Assembly: GCA_963667465.2 (NCBI GenBank)
Contig: CAXXDN010000002.1
Coordinates: 1,824,001 to 1,888,000, forward strand
From: Dehalococcoidia bacterium
GTDB lineage: Bacteria > Chloroflexota > Dehalococcoidia > UBA2979
Length of the DNA: 64,000 nucleotides
Reading direction: 5' to 3'
In this document: positions 28,060 to 37,368 of the stretch, piece by piece
Layout: each line of letters begins with the position of its first letter
Numbering within the stretch: position 1 is the first letter of the stretch
Position numbers and translations under genes: made by a program
The notes under the pieces: model-generated
Seen by the model: the letters and a program-made list of their open reading frames with translations, nothing else
Told to the model about the DNA's origin: nothing
The model's database searches: none

Positions 28060-28989
28060 CTACTCGGTGCCTCGCAGGCGCGGGTCCAGCACGTCGCGGA
28101 GGGCGTCGCCGAACATGTTGAGAGCGTAGACGGAGACCGCGATCGCGAGGCCGGGGAAGAGCGCCAGGTAGGGGTGCAGCTTCATGTCCTCCTGCGCCTC
28201 CTGAAGCATTCGCCCCCACGACGGGAACGGCGGCTGCACACCGAACCCGAGGAACGACAGCGCCGATTCAATCAGGATCACCGCGCCGAGCTGCACGGAG
28301 ATGTTGATGATGATGACGGTGAACACATTGGGGAAGACGTGCCGCAGCATGATCCGGTTGTCGGTGGCCCCGACCACCCGCGCGGCCTCGACGTAGGTGT
28401 TCTGCACCGTCGAGATCGTCTGGCTGCGCACCACGCGCGAGGAGCCGGCGCTGAACAGGAAGCCGAGCGTGAGCGCGAGCACGATCTGGCTGGCAAGAGA
28501 GCCGGGAACCGTCGCCGTGAAGATTGAGAACAGGAAGATGATGAAGATCAGTCCAGGGAAGGCCTGCACGATGTCCACGAAGCGCTGGAAGGTGAGGTCC
28601 CACTTCCCTCCGTAGTACCCCGAAGAGATGCCGACAATACTGGAGAGCACTGCGGCGATGCTGACCGCAGCGAACCCGATCGTGACGGAAGTGCGCGCGC
28701 CGAACAGCACGCGGCTGAGCACGTCGCGGCCCTGCTTGTCGCTGCCGAAGAGGTGATCGAGTGTCGGCCCCTGCAAGCGGTTCAGCAGGTCGATCTCATC
28801 GAACGTGGCGGGGGCGAAGGTGCTCGGCGAGATCGCAACCGCGAACAGAGCGATCAGGACCAGCGCCGCCACGGCCCCGAGCGGTTTGCGGCGGATGAAC
28901 CTGAGCGTGCCGCCAAGCGCCCGCGTGAGCACGCCCTCGCTGGATCCGGAGAACCCGATCGGTCCGTTTGCGGTCTCGTTCGCCGCCAT
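28060..28989 (-). CDS. Peptide/nickel ABC transporter permease (DppC/OppC-like)
   Basis: HLFGSDKQGRDVLSRVLFGAR, YVEAARVVGA, PPFPSWG, GDALRDVLDPR. Confidence 0.92.
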   Translation of the reverse strand: MAANETANGPIGFSGSSEGVLTRALGGTLRFIRRKPLGAVAALVLIALFAVAISPSTFAPATFDEIDLLNRLQGPTLDHLFGSDKQGRDVLSRVLFGARTSVTIGFAAVSIAAVLSSIVGISSGYYGGKWDLTFQRFVDIVQAFPGLIFIIFLFSIFTATVPGSLASQIVLALTLGFLFSAGSSRVVRSQTISTVQNTYVEAARVVGATDNRIMLRHVFPNVFTVIIINISVQLGAVILIESALSFLGFGVQPPFPSWGRMLQEAQEDMKLHPYLALFPGLAIAVSVYALNMFGDALRDVLDPRLRGTE

Positions 28990-29939
28990 TAGCTGTACCG
29001 GATCCGCGGATCGATGAATGCGTACGAGAGGTCCACGAGGAGGTTGGTGATCAACACAAGCATCGCCGCCAGCAGCACGATCGCCTGCACCGTCGGATAG
29101 TCGCGCCGTTCGAGCGAGAAGAGCAGCAAGGTTCCCATGCCCGGGAGCGTGAAGATCCGTTCGAGCACCACCGTGCCGCTGATCAGCACGCTGACCTGCA
29201 ACCCAATCACCGTGATCACGGGCAGCACCGCGTTACGCAGTGCATGACGGGTAACGACCAGCCGGTCCGTCAGGCCCTTGGCGCGAGCCGTCCGCACGTA
29301 GTCCTGTCGCATCACCTCCAGCATCGTCGAGCGGGTCAGGCGCATCACCGAGCCGGACAGGAAGGAGCCGAGAATGATCGCCGGCACCCACGTGGTCTTG
29401 AGATTACTGAGCGGATTCTCCCAGAACAACTCGTAGGTGAGCGGTGGGGTCCAGCCAAACCAGGCGAAGCCGTAGACGATCGCCATCTGGCCGGCCCAGA
29501 AGCTGGGAACAGCCAGTGCCGCGATCGCGAAGCTGCGCATGATGTAGTCGATCAGCGAGTCCTGTTTGATGGCGGAGAGCACCCCAATCGGGATCGCGAT
29601 AGCAATCGAGTAGATCATCGCCATGATCCCGAGCTGGAAGGTCACGGGGATCCGGTTCGTCAACTGCTCCGTGACCGGCCGCCCGCTCACAAAGGAAGAG
29701 CCGAAGTCGAACTGGGCGAGCGCGATCAGCCACTCCGCGAAGGCCTGCGGGACGCCCTGATTCAGCTCCAGCCGCTCTTCAACGGAGGCTCGGAACTCGG
29801 GCGTCGGCTCGGCCTGGTCCGAGATGATCTGATCGATGATGTCGCCCGGCAGCAGCCGCACGACGATGAACACAGCGAACGTGACCCCGAGGATCGTCGG
29901 GACGAGCAACAATATGCGGCGCAGGATGTAGACGTGGAT
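28989..29939 (-). CDS. Peptide/nickel ABC transporter permease (DppB/OppB-like)
   Basis: LLPGD, QDYVRTARAKGL, RDYPTVQ, VDLSYAFIDPRI; conserved N-terminus begins at an ATC codon (29939), first canonical start TTG 29912. Confidence 0.9.
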   Translation of the reverse strand: MHVYILRRILLLVPTILGVTFAVFIVVRLLPGDIIDQIISDQAEPTPEFRASVEERLELNQGVPQAFAEWLIALAQFDFGSSFVSGRPVTEQLTNRIPVTFQLGIMAMIYSIAIAIPIGVLSAIKQDSLIDYIMRSFAIAALAVPSFWAGQMAIVYGFAWFGWTPPLTYELFWENPLSNLKTTWVPAIILGSFLSGSVMRLTRSTMLEVMRQDYVRTARAKGLTDRLVVTRHALRNAVLPVITVIGLQVSVLISGTVVLERIFTLPGMGTLLLFSLERRDYPTVQAIVLLAAMLVLITNLLVDLSYAFIDPRIRYS

Positions 29940-30059
29940 CTGCTCGTCCCCTGTCGTTCGCTGGGTCGTTCGCTGGCGCGCCGCCGCATTCTAGCGAATC
30001 GCGGCGCGGCGCGCGCAAGTGATGAGGGTCCGGCGGCGCAGCGCTTGCTCCAGATACAA

Positions 30060-30087
30060 CTCGGCCCCCGGTGATCCGGGGGCCGAG
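30060..30087 (-). terminator. GC hairpin after the binding-protein gene (terminator or stabiliser)
   Basis: CTCGGCCCCCGG-tgat-CCGGGGGCCGAG perfect 12 bp stem, followed by TTGTAT on the minus strand. Confidence 0.6.
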
Positions 30088-30111
30088 TAGCCTTTAGCGA
30101 CGGACTGCGGG

Positions 30112-31953
30112 TTAGGCGCTCTCGTCGATCCACCACCACGGCCAGGCGAAGACGGCCTCGCCGCCTCGGCCGTTCCCGTGCCAGGCATCAGGCGTCCGGA
30201 GACGCTTGTTGAAGCCCTGCCAGTTGAGCTGCCACGCCACCGAGGGGACGTACCACAACGGCTCGATCAGCAGGTCGCGCTGGATGCTCTGGATCTTGTC
30301 GTTGCGCTCTTCCGCATCGACCGTGCTGTTGATGTCCAGCACGGCGTCGACGATGGTCTGGTCCTCCACCTTGCTGTGGTTGCGGCCGGCGCCGGGGCGG
30401 TACATCTCGGAGAGGTAGTCGCCGAGGTCCGGGAAGGCCTGCAACTGGAAGGCAACACCATCGAAGTCGCCGCGGAACGTCATCGGCGTGTACACCGAGG
30501 CGAAGTCGTCGATGTTGATCTGGAAGTCGATGCCGATCTCCTTCATGAAGGTCGGGATGATCTCGGCTTCCAGACTCCAGGCCGTGCCATAGCGGGTGGT
30601 GTAGTGGTACGGCACGCTGAAGCCATCGCCCTGGCCCGCGGCCTGCATCAGCTTGTTCGCCTCCTCCAGGTTGTACTGGATGGCTGCGCCGGTGACCGCA
30701 TCCTGTCGCGGGTCGATCGACTGGCCCGCGTAGCCGGCCGGCAGCACGTTGTGCCAGCCCACGCGGCTGGAGACGTCGAGTCCAACGCCTTCGAGCTGCT
30801 GGACGTTGTAGAGCCCCTCGATCATCGTCTCGCGGTCGAGGGCGAGCGACATGGCGTGGCGCACGCGCGGGTCGTCCCACGGAGCGGAACCGTCGCGCGG
30901 CTCGCCGCGCGAGATGTAGCCGAAACCGAGCGACTTGCGCGGCTCAATCCGGCCGTCCGGGAAGTCACTGATCAGCCCCGGTACGGCGTCCGGCGCGATG
31001 GTGTTGATGTGATCGATGTTGCCTGCCTGGAACTGGGTCAGGGTCGTCGCCCGGTCCAGCACGATCTCCTCGACCTTGTCGAAGTAGGGCAGTGGCGCGT
31101 TGTGCCACTCCGGATTGCGCTGGACGGTCCAGCTCACGCCGTCCTTCAGCTCTTCCCACATCCAGGCGCCGCTGCCGATCATCGTCTGCGTGGGGTCGTA
31201 GGCGGTCCCCGTCTCGCGCGGGAGGACTGCCATGTTGAACACGTCCGCCATCCGCCAGAGGGCGCGCGCGAAGACGCGGTTGAACCCGAGCGTCACGGTC
31301 CCGGCGTCGGGCGTCTCCACCGTGTCGATGAAGTCGAGCTGCACCGCGTTGGGTGCGCCCTCGCTGCCATCGGTGCCGAGGAAGCGAGCGATCGAGAACT
31401 TCACGTCCTCGGAGTCGACCGCGCGGCTGATCGGCGCGGTGTACCTGGCATCGTCGCGAAGCTCGATGTTCAGCGTGAGCCCGTCCGGGGTGAACTCCCA
31501 GGCGCGGGCGAGGTCACCGTCCATCTGCGCGTTCGGTGCGTTCTCGAACGTGGATGCGATCTGCTTGAACAGGAAGCTGTGGATCTGCGCCGACACACCC
31601 TTGGTGGTGTTGCTCTGCGTGCGGTGCGGGTCAAGCGTTTCCGGTGTGCCGGTGATGGCGCGCCGGTAGCTGCCGCCGGGAATGCCCTGCAGCGCCTCCG
31701 CCTCCTGGGTAGCGGCGGTCCCGACCGGGGCGGCCGTCGGCCTCGCGGTCGCTTCCTCGGTCGGCGCGGCAGTCGGGGCCGTCGTCGGCGCGGCGGTGGC
31801 TGCCGGAGCCGGGGCCTCCTCGTCGTCGTCGCCGCAGCCGATCAGCGCTGCCGCCGCAAGGCCGGCGCCTCCGATGACGCCTCCGCGCAGCGCGGCGCGG
31901 CGTGAGATGCGCGTCCGCAAGAAACTGCTCACGTGGTCAGATCCTTCTGTCAT
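30112..31953 (-). CDS. ABC substrate-binding protein family 5, Tat lipoprotein
   Basis: SRRAALRGG...AAALIGC (twin-Arg plus lipobox), A/P/T linker, LDPH, GDLARAWE, DPRVRHAMSLALDR. Confidence 0.9.
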   Translation of the reverse strand: MTEGSDHVSSFLRTRISRRAALRGGVIGGAGLAAAALIGCGDDDEEAPAPAATAAPTTAPTAAPTEEATARPTAAPVGTAATQEAEALQGIPGGSYRRAITGTPETLDPHRTQSNTTKGVSAQIHSFLFKQIASTFENAPNAQMDGDLARAWEFTPDGLTLNIELRDDARYTAPISRAVDSEDVKFSIARFLGTDGSEGAPNAVQLDFIDTVETPDAGTVTLGFNRVFARALWRMADVFNMAVLPRETGTAYDPTQTMIGSGAWMWEELKDGVSWTVQRNPEWHNAPLPYFDKVEEIVLDRATTLTQFQAGNIDHINTIAPDAVPGLISDFPDGRIEPRKSLGFGYISRGEPRDGSAPWDDPRVRHAMSLALDRETMIEGLYNVQQLEGVGLDVSSRVGWHNVLPAGYAGQSIDPRQDAVTGAAIQYNLEEANKLMQAAGQGDGFSVPYHYTTRYGTAWSLEAEIIPTFMKEIGIDFQINIDDFASVYTPMTFRGDFDGVAFQLQAFPDLGDYLSEMYRPGAGRNHSKVEDQTIVDAVLDINSTVDAEERNDKIQSIQRDLLIEPLWYVPSVAWQLNWQGFNKRLRTPDAWHGNGRGGEAVFAWPWWWIDESA

Positions 31954-32168
31954 GTTTCTTCCCTTCCCGGGTGGCGGCGACGGACTTTCGCCGTCAGTAG
32001 CGCAGAATCATACACGATACGCACCCGCGAGGGCAGCGGATCTCCAGACCCTTCCGGGACCGGGAAGCCAGAATCTTCTCGCTCGGACGCATTGGCTCCT
32101 CGCCCGGACGTAGCGGAGCGAGTCCGGCCTTCACGCGCGACAGGTGCGTTTCGGACTCGCGCAGGGCG

Positions 32169-34028
32169 TTATGCCTCGTTGACCCACCACCAGGGGAAGC
32201 CATAGGCTTGGTAGTCGCCACGCCCGTTGCCGTGCCAGGCGTCCGGGATCCCGGCCCGCGGGCTCAGCCCGACCCAGTCGAGCTGCCAACCCACGGAGGG
32301 AACGAACCACATCGCGTCCGCCAGCAGGTCGCGCTGGATGTTGCGCACCTTCTCGTTACGCTCGTCGATGTCGAAGGTGGTGTTGATCTCGTCCACCGCG
32401 GCGCCGATCGCGGCGTCCTCCACCTTGTTGAGGTTGCCGCCACTGGCGCCCGGGCTGGCGTACAGGTCCGTGAGGAAGTCTTCCAGGCCGGGGAACACCT
32501 GCAACTGCAGGGCGACGCCGTCGAACTCCCCCCGGGAGGTCCTCGGCACGTATTCCGCAGCGTAGTCCACGACGTTCGTCTTGAACCTGATACCTGTGTC
32601 TTTCACGAGCTGGGGGATGATCTCCGTCTCCTGGATCCAGGCAGGACCAAACGCCGAGGTGTAGTGGTAGGGGACTTCGAACCCGTCGCCGTAGCCGGCG
32701 GCCTCCAGCAGCTTGCGCGCCTCCGCGACGTCGTACCTGATCCACCGTCCCGTCTTCGCGTCGGTTTGCGGATCCACCGATTGGCCTCTGAAGCCGGCGG
32801 GCAGGATGTTGTGCCAGTGCACGCGGCTGGCGACCTCGAGGCCGACTTCCTCGAGCCCCTCGACGTTGTAGAGCGCGGTGATCATGTCGGCCCGGTTGAG
32901 GCTCAGTGAGATCGCGCGCCGCACGCGGGGATCGGCCCACGGCGCGGAGCCGTCGCGCGGCTCGCCGAACGCGAGGTACACAAAACCCAGCGCCTTGCGA
33001 GGCACGATGCGGCCCTCGGGGTAGTTCTTGACGAGGGCGGGGACGAAATCGGGTGTGGGCGTAATCAGCAGGTCAATCCCGCCCGCCTGGAACTGTGTGA
33101 GTGCGGTCAGCGGCTGAAGGACTAGCTCGTGGACAGCGTCGAGATACGGAACGTCCGGTCCGTTGAACCAGTCGGGATTGCGGACCACGTTGAAGCGTAC
33201 GCCATCGACCAACTCGTCCCAGAGAAAGGGGCCGCTCCCGACCATGGTCTGGGTGGGATCGAACACGCTCCCCGTCTCGCGCGGCATGATGTGCATGTTG
33301 AACCCATCGGCCAGCCGCCAGAGCACGCGTGCAAGTGGGGACATCTGGAGCGTGATCGTGCGCGCGTCCGGCGTCTCCATCCCCTGAATGAAGTCCAGCT
33401 GCGAGGCGTTCGGCGCCGGATGATGTCCATTGAGGCCGCGGAAGCGCTCGACCGAGAAGCGCACGTCCTCCGAGTCCACGGTGCGGTTGATCGGAGCGGT
33501 GAAGGTCGCGTTGGGGACAAGCGTCAAACTCAGCTGCTCACGATCCGGGGTGAACTCCCAGGACTCGACCAGATCGCCCATCATCTCCGGATTCGGCGCC
33601 TCCTCGAAGACCGCCGGGGTCTGGGTGAACAGCTTGCTGTAGATGTAGGAGGCCGCGCCCTTCGTGGAGAAGTCCAGCGTGCGGTGAGGGTCCAGGCTTG
33701 GAGGCGTGAACCACTGGTGGATGCGGAAGGCGCCGCCCCGCCGCGGTCCATTCGCGGCGGCAGCCGAACTCGGGGAGGGCGCCGCAGCGGTCGGGTGTTC
33801 CCCTGGCGTTGCGGACCCCGGCTCAGCCGCCGTCGCCGTCGCCGTCGTGGGCGCGACCTGCCGGGTCCGGGCCGGTGGCGCGGACGGCGCCTCGTCATCC
33901 CCGGTACCACAGCCAATGAGCGCCGCCGCCGCGAGGCCGGCGCCGCCGAGCGCGCCGCCGCGCAGCGCCGCCCGCCTCGATAGTCTCGATTGCCAGAACC
34001 CGGGCTGGCGATTGCTGCCAGCGGTCAT
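32169..34028 (-). CDS. ABC substrate-binding protein family 5, Tat lipoprotein (paralog)
   Basis: Same signal peptide and motifs; shares GEPRDGSAPW.DPRVR and PDAWHGNGRG...PWWW with its neighbour. Confidence 0.9.
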   Translation of the reverse strand: MTAGSNRQPGFWQSRLSRRAALRGGALGGAGLAAAALIGCGTGDDEAPSAPPARTRQVAPTTATATAAEPGSATPGEHPTAAAPSPSSAAAANGPRRGGAFRIHQWFTPPSLDPHRTLDFSTKGAASYIYSKLFTQTPAVFEEAPNPEMMGDLVESWEFTPDREQLSLTLVPNATFTAPINRTVDSEDVRFSVERFRGLNGHHPAPNASQLDFIQGMETPDARTITLQMSPLARVLWRLADGFNMHIMPRETGSVFDPTQTMVGSGPFLWDELVDGVRFNVVRNPDWFNGPDVPYLDAVHELVLQPLTALTQFQAGGIDLLITPTPDFVPALVKNYPEGRIVPRKALGFVYLAFGEPRDGSAPWADPRVRRAISLSLNRADMITALYNVEGLEEVGLEVASRVHWHNILPAGFRGQSVDPQTDAKTGRWIRYDVAEARKLLEAAGYGDGFEVPYHYTSAFGPAWIQETEIIPQLVKDTGIRFKTNVVDYAAEYVPRTSRGEFDGVALQLQVFPGLEDFLTDLYASPGASGGNLNKVEDAAIGAAVDEINTTFDIDERNEKVRNIQRDLLADAMWFVPSVGWQLDWVGLSPRAGIPDAWHGNGRGDYQAYGFPWWWVNEA

Positions 34029-34212
34029 GACGCCCCCAAGGGACAGCCTGGTACTACAACAAGGTACCGCATTGAACACGCATTACGCGGGGTAGACCGC
34101 AGCCGGGCGACGGCGCTGCGCTCTCGGGAGCGGCCACCGAGGCGTCCCTCGCAGCGGACGCCCCCGCGAGTGCCCGCTGCGCTAGCATGGCGCCCTCGCG
34201 AGAGGAGCGGCC

Positions 34213-35022
34213 ATGACCAGCGACGAGAGCGCCAACTGGGTCACGTTCGAGCACCGCGGCCCGGTGACCATCATCCGGCTCAACCGGCCGGAGAAACTCA
34301 ACGCCTTCCACATCTCGATGGACGAGGCGATCGTGCGCTACGTCCAGTCGCTCAACGAGGGCGAGTACGACACACGCTGCCTGATCCTCACCGGCGAGGG
34401 TCGCGCCTTCTGCTCGGGCGCGGACGTCGGCAACCTGGCGCAACGCAGCAGCCTCAACACGGAGCGCAAGCCGCCCTGGCGTCCACCGCACAGCGAGATC
34501 AAGTCGCCGCGTGCGCTGCGCGACTGCGACGTGCCGGTGATCGGCGCGCTCAACGGCTACGCGGTGGGAATGGGCCTCGGGCTCGCCCTCGCGACCGACC
34601 TGCGGATCGCCGGCGATGACGCGCGCTTCCAGGTGGCGCAGATCAAGCGAGGACTGTTCGGCGACTACGGCCTCGGGCACTTCCTGCCGCAGCAGCTGGG
34701 ACACCAGCGGGGCCTCGAGCTGATGCTGACGGCGCGCATGATCGACGCGCAGGAGGCGCTCGACCTCGGCCTCGTGCTGAAGGTCGTGCCGAAGGACGAA
34801 TTGCTGGACGCGGCGCTGGATCTGGCCGAGCAGATCGCGAGCGGGCCGCCGCTCGGCGTCGCCGCCAGCAAGCGAGTCACCTACATGAACGACAACGAGG
34901 ACCTGCACCGCGTGATGGACTACACCAGCCTCGCGATCGGCCACCTCTTCAACTCGGAGGACAACGCCGAGGGCATCCGCTCGTTCATGGAGCGGCGCGA
35001 GCCGCAGTTCGAGGGTCGCTGA
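34213..35022 (+). CDS. Enoyl-CoA hydratase/isomerase (crotonase)
   Basis: LNRPEKLNA, LTGEGRAFCSGAD, PVIGALNGYAVGMG, EGIRSFMERREPQF. Confidence 0.92.
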   Translation: MTSDESANWVTFEHRGPVTIIRLNRPEKLNAFHISMDEAIVRYVQSLNEGEYDTRCLILTGEGRAFCSGADVGNLAQRSSLNTERKPPWRPPHSEIKSPRALRDCDVPVIGALNGYAVGMGLGLALATDLRIAGDDARFQVAQIKRGLFGDYGLGHFLPQQLGHQRGLELMLTARMIDAQEALDLGLVLKVVPKDELLDAALDLAEQIASGPPLGVAASKRVTYMNDNEDLHRVMDYTSLAIGHLFNSEDNAEGIRSFMERREPQFEGR

Positions 35023-35119
35023 GACCTCGAGCGCGCCGCGCGGGGCCGCTGGGGGCCGCTGGCCCGCAGCGGCGATCAGGAATGAACGGCGGGCGGGCGC
35101 AGTGCCCGCCCGCTGCTCG

Positions 35120-35926
35120 TCAGCTTCCCGACGGCCTCCGCGAGCGCAGACCGAAGCGCCAGACCAGGGCCAGCGCGGCAATCAACCCCGCCGTGGCAAT
35201 CGCCACCGGAGCCACACCGGCAGCCTGCTCAGACCAGTCTCCCTGCGCCGCGGCTCCCTCGAGGAGCGCGGGCCCGTGGCCAGACTTCGGAGGCGCGGGG
35301 GCGGCGGCCGTTGTGCGCGCGGTCAGTTGGCGCGGCTCGGTGTCGGTGAGGGCCAGCTCCCAGACGAGTGCGCCGTCCTCGATGCTGTCGGCGTTGTGTT
35401 CGGCCAGCGCGCCCGGCAGCGCGATGCGGATGCGGAAGAAGGAGCCCTCCAGGAGCTCAGGCGAGGGCGGAGGACCGCTCGCGGCCCCCGTACCCTCATC
35501 CGCCTGGACCGCGGCGATCATCGAGAACGTCCAGCCGCCAGCGTCGTTGCGCTCCAGGGTGAGGTCGCCGGACTCGCCGGCGCCGGCGCCGGCGCTCATC
35601 CCGGCGGTGATGAGGCCAAGTTGAGCCTCGTTGGCGAAGGGGATCCCGAACTGGATGCCGGTGAAGCCGTCCTGGCGGTACTCCTGCACCTCCACGCTGG
35701 GTGACAGATCGTCAGTCGGGACAAGCTCCTCGCTACTGGCCCCGGTGAGCTCCGTGAAGGCGTCACTGATCGCGATGACCGTGCCGACCACGCCGGAGCC
35801 ATCGTCGTTGACGCTAATCGACAGCTCGTAGCGAAGGCAGCCGGTCATCGCGAACGCGGTTACTGCCAGGAGCAGTACCAGCCCGCGCACGCGGCGCCTT
35901 CCAGTCCCGATCGGTACGCGCACCAT
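35120..35926 (-). CDS. LppM-like lipoprotein with C-terminal TM anchor
   Basis: Lipobox AMTGC, SVNDDGSG, IALPG...EHNA....G.LVW; C-terminal PPKSGHG, TM helix and Arg-rich tail. Confidence 0.7.
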   Translation of the reverse strand: MVRVPIGTGRRRVRGLVLLLAVTAFAMTGCLRYELSISVNDDGSGVVGTVIAISDAFTELTGASSEELVPTDDLSPSVEVQEYRQDGFTGIQFGIPFANEAQLGLITAGMSAGAGAGESGDLTLERNDAGGWTFSMIAAVQADEGTGAASGPPPSPELLEGSFFRIRIALPGALAEHNADSIEDGALVWELALTDTEPRQLTARTTAAAPAPPKSGHGPALLEGAAAQGDWSEQAAGVAPVAIATAGLIAALALVWRFGLRSRRPSGS

Positions 35927-36023
35927 GGGTTGCCCCTCCGTACGTCCGCCGCCCATCCATCGTACGACAGGGACGCGACTCAAGGGCTCGCGGCTGTGGC
36001 AGTGCATCAGGCGGGTCTGACTG

Positions 36024-37355
36024 CTACGAATCGGGGTCCGCGGCAGCCGCGGCCGCGAGCCCGCTGCGCACCGCCGACTCCATCGTCGCGGGCCAGCCGG
36101 TGTCCGTGTAGGCGCCAGCCAGGAAGAGGTTCGCGAGCGGCGTGCGCGGGCCCGGCCGATCGAGGCCTGCCGACGGCACGAACGTCGCCTCCGGCTCCTT
36201 CACCACCCGCCAGTGCAGCAGCTCGGCGCCGCGTGCGGCCGGCAGCGCCGCGCGCAACTGCGGCAGCAGGCGCTCCTGCAACTCCGCCCCGTCGAGTGCG
36301 AACAGCTCGCCCGGCGCGCTAATCGAGATCACGAGGTGCTGACGCTCCGCTTCGTCCTCGCCGCCCGCTCGGCTGCGGTTGAAGACCCACTGCACCTCGG
36401 AGCGGACGAAGGCGGCGAAGTCGAAGCCGGCCACCGGGCGGTCAAACCAGAGGTGCACGTTGAGGATCGGCGCGGGCTCGAACCGCGCGAGCGTTCCGAG
36501 CGCGCCCTCGCCGCGCACGCCGGCGGGCAGCAGCGGCAGCAGCCGCCACGGCGAGAGGGCGCTCACGCAGGCATCGAATTCGCGCCGTTCCCCGTCGCGC
36601 AGGACGAGCGCCTCGACACGCCCGCCGACGACCTCGATGCGCTCGATCGGCGTGCGGGTGGAGACTGTCCCGCCGCGCTCCTCGATAGCGCGCACGGCGG
36701 GGTCGACGTGCAGCGCAGAGAGCCCGACGGCGGCGACGCCGAGCGCAGCCGCACCGCGGTCGCGCTGGAAGCCCTCCTCGATCACGAAGAGCGCCTGGCT
36801 GGCGCTCGCCTGATCGGCGCGGCAGTTCAGCGTGGGGATCACGAGAAAGTCCCAGAAGTCGCGGACCGTGTCGCTCGTCTGGCCGCGCTCGCGCAGCCAC
36901 TGCCCAAAGGTCAGGCCCGCGAGGCGCTCACGCCCCTCGCGCCCGAGCCGGCGGATCGCGAGGAAGGCATGCACGATCTGCGCCTTCTGCCGCCAGCGGA
37001 GGTGGCGGTAGCGCAGCAGCGAGGGCGCGAGCTGCAGCCCGAAGGGGAGGTTCGCGGCCCCCAGATCGGAGCGCCTGCCGGCCTCGTCGAACACCGGTAC
37101 GCTCAGCCGCTGCTGCCTCCTCGTCAGGCCGAGCGTGCCGAGCCGTTCGAGGAAGGCCACGTAGGCCGTGGTGCACTGCATGAAGACGTGCTGGCCGTTG
37201 TCGATCTCATCGCCGGTCTCTTCGTCGCGGAAGGAGTAGGTGGCGCCGCCGGCCCAGGGGCGGCGCTCAAGCACTTCGACCTGGTGGCCGCGATCGGCGA
37301 GTTCCACGCCCGCGGCCAGGCCGGCGAGCCCGGCGCCGATGATGCCGACCCTCAC
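36024..37355 (-). CDS. hpnE: Hydroxysqualene dehydroxylase
   Basis: IIGAGLAGLAA, IDNGQHVFM, LAGAYTDTGWPATMESAVRSG; downstream of hpnCD. Confidence 0.9.
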   Translation of the reverse strand: MRVGIIGAGLAGLAAGVELADRGHQVEVLERRPWAGGATYSFRDEETGDEIDNGQHVFMQCTTAYVAFLERLGTLGLTRRQQRLSVPVFDEAGRRSDLGAANLPFGLQLAPSLLRYRHLRWRQKAQIVHAFLAIRRLGREGRERLAGLTFGQWLRERGQTSDTVRDFWDFLVIPTLNCRADQASASQALFVIEEGFQRDRGAAALGVAAVGLSALHVDPAVRAIEERGGTVSTRTPIERIEVVGGRVEALVLRDGERREFDACVSALSPWRLLPLLPAGVRGEGALGTLARFEPAPILNVHLWFDRPVAGFDFAAFVRSEVQWVFNRSRAGGEDEAERQHLVISISAPGELFALDGAELQERLLPQLRAALPAARGAELLHWRVVKEPEATFVPSAGLDRPGPRTPLANLFLAGAYTDTGWPATMESAVRSGLAAAAAADPDS

Positions 37356-37368
37356 GGCCGCGCCGGAA

